Origin: Giardia intestinalis
Lineage: Eukaryota
Length of the DNA: 64,000 nt
NCBI GenBank assembly: GCA_000002435.2
Contig: CM018789.1
Strand: one strand, 5' to 3'
The notes under the pieces are model-generated. The model was not told where the DNA came from, did not search any database, and saw only the letters and a list, made by a program, of their open reading frames with translations. Shown in pieces: positions 59,197 to 64,000 of this stretch; the stretch's first letter is position 1, and each line of letters begins with the position of its first letter. A program made the position numbers and the translations under genes.

Positions 59197-59914
59197 GCGT
59201 CGACGAATTCTGTTTGTGGGTCTGACCTAGAGCCACACAGGCAAACTGTCCCAGTATGGTCTCTCTAACCGCAAAGTGAGTCAGTGTACGGGACCACCGT
59301 CCCTAAGAGAAGCAGGCCCTCTAAAGATGCCTTCCACCTGTTTTAGCTTTCAAGAAGAGCATGCGCTCCGACCACAGAGCTGCGATCCGAACATGATGCG
59401 GACGATAACTGTACCCAGTGCTAAATGAGTAGAAGGCCTGTTACAGTATGTTGCCGGGCCAGACATGGGCATCGTCCAGTAGCTAAATCGCTAAGTCTAA
59501 TGAAATATAGAATAAGGTACCTCTGAATATCTACAAGAAACGGCCTTCTTCGCCCTCAAGTCAAAGAACATGATATTCCACAAAGCATAACAAACTAAGT
59601 AAGAAAAGACTGTGTCTATAGCTTGGCTTCAAAGGTACTCTCAAGTCAATAAAAAGAACAGACACCGAGTAACACTTGACATACGAGCCCTGGTCAGACA
59701 TGGATGCCACCGAGAGATTCCAAAAATGCATTGGTATCGAAGTGCAAAACTGGCGGGAGAAACCCAAATCTGTGATCTCCCCGTACTTTTGAAAAGGCTA
59801 CAAAGGAAGGGGATTTACCTGTGCGACTTCTAAATCAGTTCTGTAGACAAAGGGCTCAGTAACCCACTACTAGAGCTAACCAGTGTATGGAGTGAACCTT
59901 TCTTAAAAATAAAA

Positions 59915-60520
59915 ATGAATCTTCCAGACCTAAAGGAGCTCCGGATCTTCGGGGTCTCAAATTGTAACTCAAGCATCTTAACAAGCAAGCAGTTTCCTTT
60001 GTATCTGGACCTAGGATACCACATGGGATTGATGACCGGGGCCCAAAGGGAATACATCGACACTCTCTGCGACCACGCTTCTGTGCAGCGTAAAAAGGTG
60101 AGAGATCTCCAGTGCACTCTGCGAAAAAAATGTGAGGGTGCCGCAAACATATCACACTCGTATACCTTGGAAAAGTGTTCGTCACTACGACTCAGCAATC
60201 TGCAAAACACACAACCTAATGTCCAATCAACTCCTGTCAAGCCATATCTTTCTTTTAAGTATAATAAGAATACAGAACTCCCCGTAATAATAGACTGTTT
60301 TGCTGACTCTGATGAAGATTTTTCAAGCCTTTTAGGAAAGATAGCAGAAAGAAGGTCTCTCAGTCCGTCAGCCATCAGAGAAGAATGGTTCTTCAAACGA
60401 TCTGTCTCTCCAGAGCGGCAGGATAAGCTCCCGAAACTCGGCTACACGAAGCTTCGAGAAAAGCTCTCTCCCCCCAAGTGCCATAGCACATCCATACCAT
60501 CTTTACCTCCCCTAGAATAG
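59915..60520 (+). CDS. Hypothetical S/K-rich protein (201 aa)
   Basis: ATG in a very typical Giardia context (ttaaaaataaaaATGaat). The overlapping minus-strand ORF 59830-60396 starts at TTG with a poor ATG context and a less protein-like sequence. The choice of strand remains uncertain. Confidence 0.4.
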   Translation: MNLPDLKELRIFGVSNCNSSILTSKQFPLYLDLGYHMGLMTGAQREYIDTLCDHASVQRKKVRDLQCTLRKKCEGAANISHSYTLEKCSSLRLSNLQNTQPNVQSTPVKPYLSFKYNKNTELPVIIDCFADSDEDFSSLLGKIAERRSLSPSAIREEWFFKRSVSPERQDKLPKLGYTKLREKLSPPKCHSTSIPSLPPLE

Positions 60521-60563
60521 ATGTGATCTAAGCAGTTATTACAATCAACTTACAACGTCGCAT

Positions 60564-62648
60564 TTATTTCCCTTGGAGAGCCAATAGAATGTTCGCACAC
60601 ACACCAACGGCAAGATCTAAGTAGCACGGCTCAGCGCCGGTAGAATCTACGAGAGTATAGCCCTCATCGCTTTGACGTATCAACGCGCCGCAGTGAAGCA
60701 TGCGTGGCTTCCTGCGCTTCTCTAAGATGGCACGACGGGCAACCCACTCATCAGTGACCTCCGTTAACTCACTGAAAAATCGCTGGGCATCAGTATAATT
60801 TGCTGACGCCTTGTACGTTGCTATATGCAGAAGAAGCTTGTTCACGGCGTTGAGAATGATAGGAACAGCCTCCTTCTTGATAACAACTTTGAAGATACCA
60901 TCACCTGTCTCCGGGAATTCTATGGTCTCCGGAGCCCACTTTAGGCACGCCTGAAGAATAGCATAGCGCGCCTGGCAATGCGCCTGCAGCCACTTTTTAC
61001 TTTCCGGCGAGTAATGGATCAATCCCATCACTCCAGAGAGAATCATTTGATAGACGCTAAAGTAAGGCAGCCTCTCTGCATCGTCCGGACTAAGCTGGAA
61101 TATCTGATGCACCACCTTAGATGTGCAGAGGTGTAAGGACGTCGTCTCTGCTTTGCACTCCTCGAAGGCATTGCTCATTGCCCCAAAGACGCTTGAGTAC
61201 GTCTCTCCATCCTTGTAGCATGTTGTTAGCTTTCCTCCATTCTCATCTAGAGGATTCAAAATCCCGTTCTGCAGATCGCTCTCCTGTAGGAGCTTTGTTG
61301 TCCCGTGCCCGAAGAGTTCGTGGAGTGCGACATTTATTGTTAAGGTCATAAGCGCATACTTCATATAATCATTGACGATATCATCAGGAAGGTAGTCTGT
61401 GGTGGTTCGTGAGGTCGAAGAGGCCTGCATAACGTTAAGAAGGCTCACATTCTTGAATCCAGTGTTCGTGCGGACATCATCGTAGTTGGGAATATTAATT
61501 CCAATGGGCATGCCTGTAGCTGGAAAGACCATAATATTGATAGCGTTGTAGACGGGCGGGATAAACTTGTCTCTCTCCAGGGCGCGTGGGTAGGGAAGAA
61601 GGGGGAGTATCTCTGAGGCACGCTCCACCAAGTTGTGCAGGGCCTTGGAGACATCGGGGTCGACACATGCGACGAAGGCCTCATACTCGGCGCGAACACC
61701 GCTGGGGTCGCGGTACGTCTCCACGAAGCCTTGGTACGTTTCAACAGTGACGTCCTTATCCTGGACCCAGTGCTCCGAGTATCTCTTGTGGAGGTCGCAG
61801 TCCCCTGTCCTGTAGTGCTCGACGAGGGCATCAAGCATCTTCCTCTGCGAGTCGTTGTCGGCGAAGTCTCGCGCCTTCTTGAGCCAGTAGCATGCCTTGG
61901 CCAGCTCTGCAGACCCTCGTCCGCGGGTCACGTGAACCTCCTTGCCGTTGCAAACTCCTATTGGCTCACCCCTCTCTGCAACCTCAACGGAGGCGAGGGA
62001 GATCTCGTACCAGGTGTCGTGGCGTATCACATGAGAGTTTTCATGCATCATCTTCTTCGCCGTCATCAGATCGTTGATCTGCTTGGCCTCGCTCTCTGAG
62101 AAGTCCGCCGGCTGGTAGTATGCTGTGCATCCCGCTGGGTGGAAGCCAAGCGAAAGCTGCTCGGGCGCTGTATCGTACATTCCGTCCCTCGCTGTATAGA
62201 AAGCATCAACGAGCCCTGTTCCCTTGTGTGTTGACTCTCCCAGAAGCTTGACCACGACTTCTAAGCTCTCCTTAGTGCAGCGTGGGATGAATTTCGTATC
62301 CCCAAACCCAAGATACTCAGAGCAATTGAAGTAAAAGTGTCCAGCGTAGTCGTGCAGATACTGGAGTGTTTCGCGGTTATCTACCCCAACTGCAGTCTCA
62401 ACAGTCTTCAGTGCGGCTCCCCTGTCAGGCGCCTCTATGTGGATCTTCAAGTACTCCGCAAGGAACGCGTGGATGCGGCGCGTGTGCTGGGAGCATTGAT
62501 CGAAGAGGACGGGGGCTCCAGCAAAGGCGGCGAGGGAGAGGAACGTAGCATACTGCTGCTGCCGCTCAGTGAGCTTAGCGAAGCTCTGCGATGGCTTCAA
62601 GTTAGAAACGGGTCCATCTGTCGGGCAAATATACTTCTCAGGCAGCAT
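60564..62648 (-). CDS. DPP3: Dipeptidyl-peptidase III (peptidase family M49)
   Basis: Collinear with human DPP3 from the N-terminus: MLPEKYICPTDGPVSNLKPSQSFAKLTERQQQYATFLSLAAF versus MADTQYILPNDIGVSSLDCREAFRLLSPTERLYAYHLSRAAW. The M49 zinc-binding motifs are HELFGHGTTKL (HEXXGH) and EECKAETTSLHL (EECRAE). NIPNYDDVRTNTGFKNVSL matches INIPNYDDLRQTEGFKNVSL. ATG start. Confidence 0.9.
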   Translation of the reverse strand: MLPEKYICPTDGPVSNLKPSQSFAKLTERQQQYATFLSLAAFAGAPVLFDQCSQHTRRIHAFLAEYLKIHIEAPDRGAALKTVETAVGVDNRETLQYLHDYAGHFYFNCSEYLGFGDTKFIPRCTKESLEVVVKLLGESTHKGTGLVDAFYTARDGMYDTAPEQLSLGFHPAGCTAYYQPADFSESEAKQINDLMTAKKMMHENSHVIRHDTWYEISLASVEVAERGEPIGVCNGKEVHVTRGRGSAELAKACYWLKKARDFADNDSQRKMLDALVEHYRTGDCDLHKRYSEHWVQDKDVTVETYQGFVETYRDPSGVRAEYEAFVACVDPDVSKALHNLVERASEILPLLPYPRALERDKFIPPVYNAINIMVFPATGMPIGINIPNYDDVRTNTGFKNVSLLNVMQASSTSRTTTDYLPDDIVNDYMKYALMTLTINVALHELFGHGTTKLLQESDLQNGILNPLDENGGKLTTCYKDGETYSSVFGAMSNAFEECKAETTSLHLCTSKVVHQIFQLSPDDAERLPYFSVYQMILSGVMGLIHYSPESKKWLQAHCQARYAILQACLKWAPETIEFPETGDGIFKVVIKKEAVPIILNAVNKLLLHIATYKASANYTDAQRFFSELTEVTDEWVARRAILEKRRKPRMLHCGALIRQSDEGYTLVDSTGAEPCYLDLAVGVCANILLALQGK

Positions 62649-62794
62649 GGAAATTTATATTCCCCCCTCAGAGGCTTTTTAGTCTTTTTTGAAATGGCAC
62701 TAAGAGACTCAAGCACATGACTCCCTACTTGTTTACTAGAGTGCTGGTGAAGTAATAATACCTACGGGTCATGAATGTATGTCCTTAGATGAGT

Positions 62795-64000
62795 TTATTT
62801 GTACCAGGCCTGCGTACGGTTGACTGCAGATGTAAAGCAAAAAAGATCTCTCAACGCTGCGTGTACATCTCTGCTGAGTTTGTGGGATTGAACTTTTAGA
62901 AGCAGAAACTCAAGGATTGTTTGGGGACGCTGAAACCATGGAATAAAATATCTAAGATACCTTTCAACAACTACATTTCCACATGCATACGAAAAGAGAG
63001 TGCTAAGGGATGTGGGCTCGTGAGACTCCACAGGAGAGTGTCCGAATAGTGTCCACACTGTCGTGAATATACAATTTAGCTCGTTGGTGACATCGTATGC
63101 TAACCACATATGACACAATAATGAAGTAAATAAACCACCAAATGGGTAAGCCCGCAGGGACTCTGTGACACAAGACAGTACTCTGCAGAACAAGGAGATA
63201 GGAATCTTGTATTCATGAAAGGCCTTAAGCAGAGTGTAAACTTCAGGATTGTGGATTGCGAGTTGTGTATATCGACGTTGCATTACATTGAGAATATTAT
63301 AAAACCTAATACACAGGTGTTTTGCTTGTATCACAGAGTCAAAGGCAAGAGGTGAGACGCAAGTATCAAGGGTTCCGCAATTGAAATGGAAGTATCCATC
63401 AAGTGACTTTCTATAGTGGTAATCCAGGACATAATCATACCTATCATCAAGCCTGCATGTCCGCAACGGATCTCCAAAAAGCTCCCTGTAGATTAAATCA
63501 TGTAGAGCTATGTCGATGGTGTCTTCAATGGCACAGTGAGCTTGTTTTGTTTTTCTATTTCTTGTAGAAGCAGATGTCCCGCCACTCACTGTTCGGCCTC
63601 GCCTACGCTTGATCTGTGGCTCAGCAACCTCAAGTAGGGTCGATAGTAGGCTGGCAGATGAGTTATCCACATATCTACAGACTTGAGGACCTCTCAAGAG
63701 AGCGACCTGATTAGACAAATATGAATGCAGTGTCTCATATGTCGGAAACCTTTGGACGGTCTCACTAGACGACTCCATTGTCGTAGCCTCGTCCTTCGTA
63801 AGCATCATATCTTGGCTCTCTAAGGTTGCGCCTTGAAGGGTATTGTCGAACACTATGTCATAGAAGCCTTTGGACTCCTCTGTTGAGGTTTCGCGGAGGG
63901 AACCGCAGCAGAATACAGGGCTGATGTCCACAGCATAGTCGTAAGAAGAAAAGTAGCATTGCTGCGAATCAAGATATGTATTGGAGACGTCGCCTAATAA
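62795..64000 (-). CDS. Partial CDS (3' part; 5' end beyond the window): hypothetical protein with a helical, possibly cyclin-box-like, C-terminal half
   Basis: The track starts it at a GTG (63931), but the frame stays open upstream to the window edge (...LLGDVSNTYLDSQQCYFSSYDYAVDISPVF...), so the true start is outside the window. The helical segment is HLCIRFYNILNVMQRRYTQLAIHNPEVYTLLKAFHEYKIPISLFCRVLSCVTESL. Confidence 0.45.
   Translation of the reverse strand, partial: LLGDVSNTYLDSQQCYFSSYDYAVDISPVFCCGSLRETSTEESKGFYDIVFDNTLQGATLESQDMMLTKDEATTMESSSETVQRFPTYETLHSYLSNQVALLRGPQVCRYVDNSSASLLSTLLEVAEPQIKRRRGRTVSGGTSASTRNRKTKQAHCAIEDTIDIALHDLIYRELFGDPLRTCRLDDRYDYVLDYHYRKSLDGYFHFNCGTLDTCVSPLAFDSVIQAKHLCIRFYNILNVMQRRYTQLAIHNPEVYTLLKAFHEYKIPISLFCRVLSCVTESLRAYPFGGLFTSLLCHMWLAYDVTNELNCIFTTVWTLFGHSPVESHEPTSLSTLFSYACGNVVVERYLRYFIPWFQRPQTILEFLLLKVQSHKLSRDVHAALRDLFCFTSAVNRTQAWYK

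Noticed and set aside
59830-60396. 188-aa minus ORF
   Set aside because: It overlaps the + strand ORF 59915-60520, which has the far better ATG context. The minus ORF starts at TTG, its first ATG has a poor context, and its composition is less protein-like. The strand call remains uncertain.
1-64000. Prokaryotic-style systems (CRISPR arrays, restriction-modification or toxin-antitoxin operons, defence islands)
   Set aside because: The gene content is unambiguously eukaryotic (kinesin, MCM, proteasome Rpn1, MYST HAT, ALG7, SBDS, ankyrin/NEK expansions, VSP with CRGKA). There are no direct-repeat/spacer arrays, no operon-like co-directional short genes with ribosome-binding sites, and no phage or transposase hallmarks.

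Overview
This window reads as a gene-dense, essentially intron-free chromosomal segment of the diplomonad Giardia intestinalis, not a prokaryotic locus. Four signatures support that: (1) a cysteine-rich CXXC-repeat surface protein whose C-terminus is the Giardia VSP tail (...[38 protein letters not shown]) followed directly after its stop by the conserved VSP 3' motif ACTTAGATAGTAAAT; (2) a divergently oriented high-cysteine membrane protein (HCMP); (3) several ankyrin-repeat (protein 21.1-like) genes and an ankyrin-fused NEK-type kinase; (4) very short intergenic spacers (12-60 bp) with A-rich ATG contexts and AGTRAAY-like poly(A) signals. Recognisable housekeeping genes are: dynein light chain LC8, a kinesin, an MCM helicase, a proteasome Rpn1/PSMD2-like PC-repeat subunit, a MYST histone acetyltransferase, a GH13 1,4-alpha-glucan branching enzyme, a MYND zinc-finger protein, ALG7/DPAGT1 GlcNAc-1-P transferase, SBDS, a TXNDC9/phosducin-like protein and a dipeptidyl-peptidase III (M49). 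There are also many lineage-specific hypothetical proteins, including a 2842-aa giant. Many ORFs in the supplied track begin with TTG/GTG/CTG rendered as M, so I re-anchored starts to the first in-frame ATG where the sequence showed it. Track coordinates were taken as authoritative (my own base counting drifted by 1 nt in places). Three GC-rich stretches (about 24.6-29.5 kb, 33.7-35.1 kb, 55.05-57.0 kb) contain only overlapping R/G/P/A-rich junk ORFs on both strands. In them I can see relics of an ABC-transporter gene and a frameshifted ORF chain, so I read them as pseudogene-bearing variable regions next to the ankyrin/NEK/VSP/HCMP genes. No CRISPR array or prokaryotic defence system is present. 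The most unusual structures are the VSP/HCMP divergent pair with a 1.9-kb GC-rich spacer, the 9-kb GC-rich block bracketed by an imperfect ~60-bp direct repeat, a predicted NEK pseudokinase, and a probably frameshifted S/R/P-rich gene.
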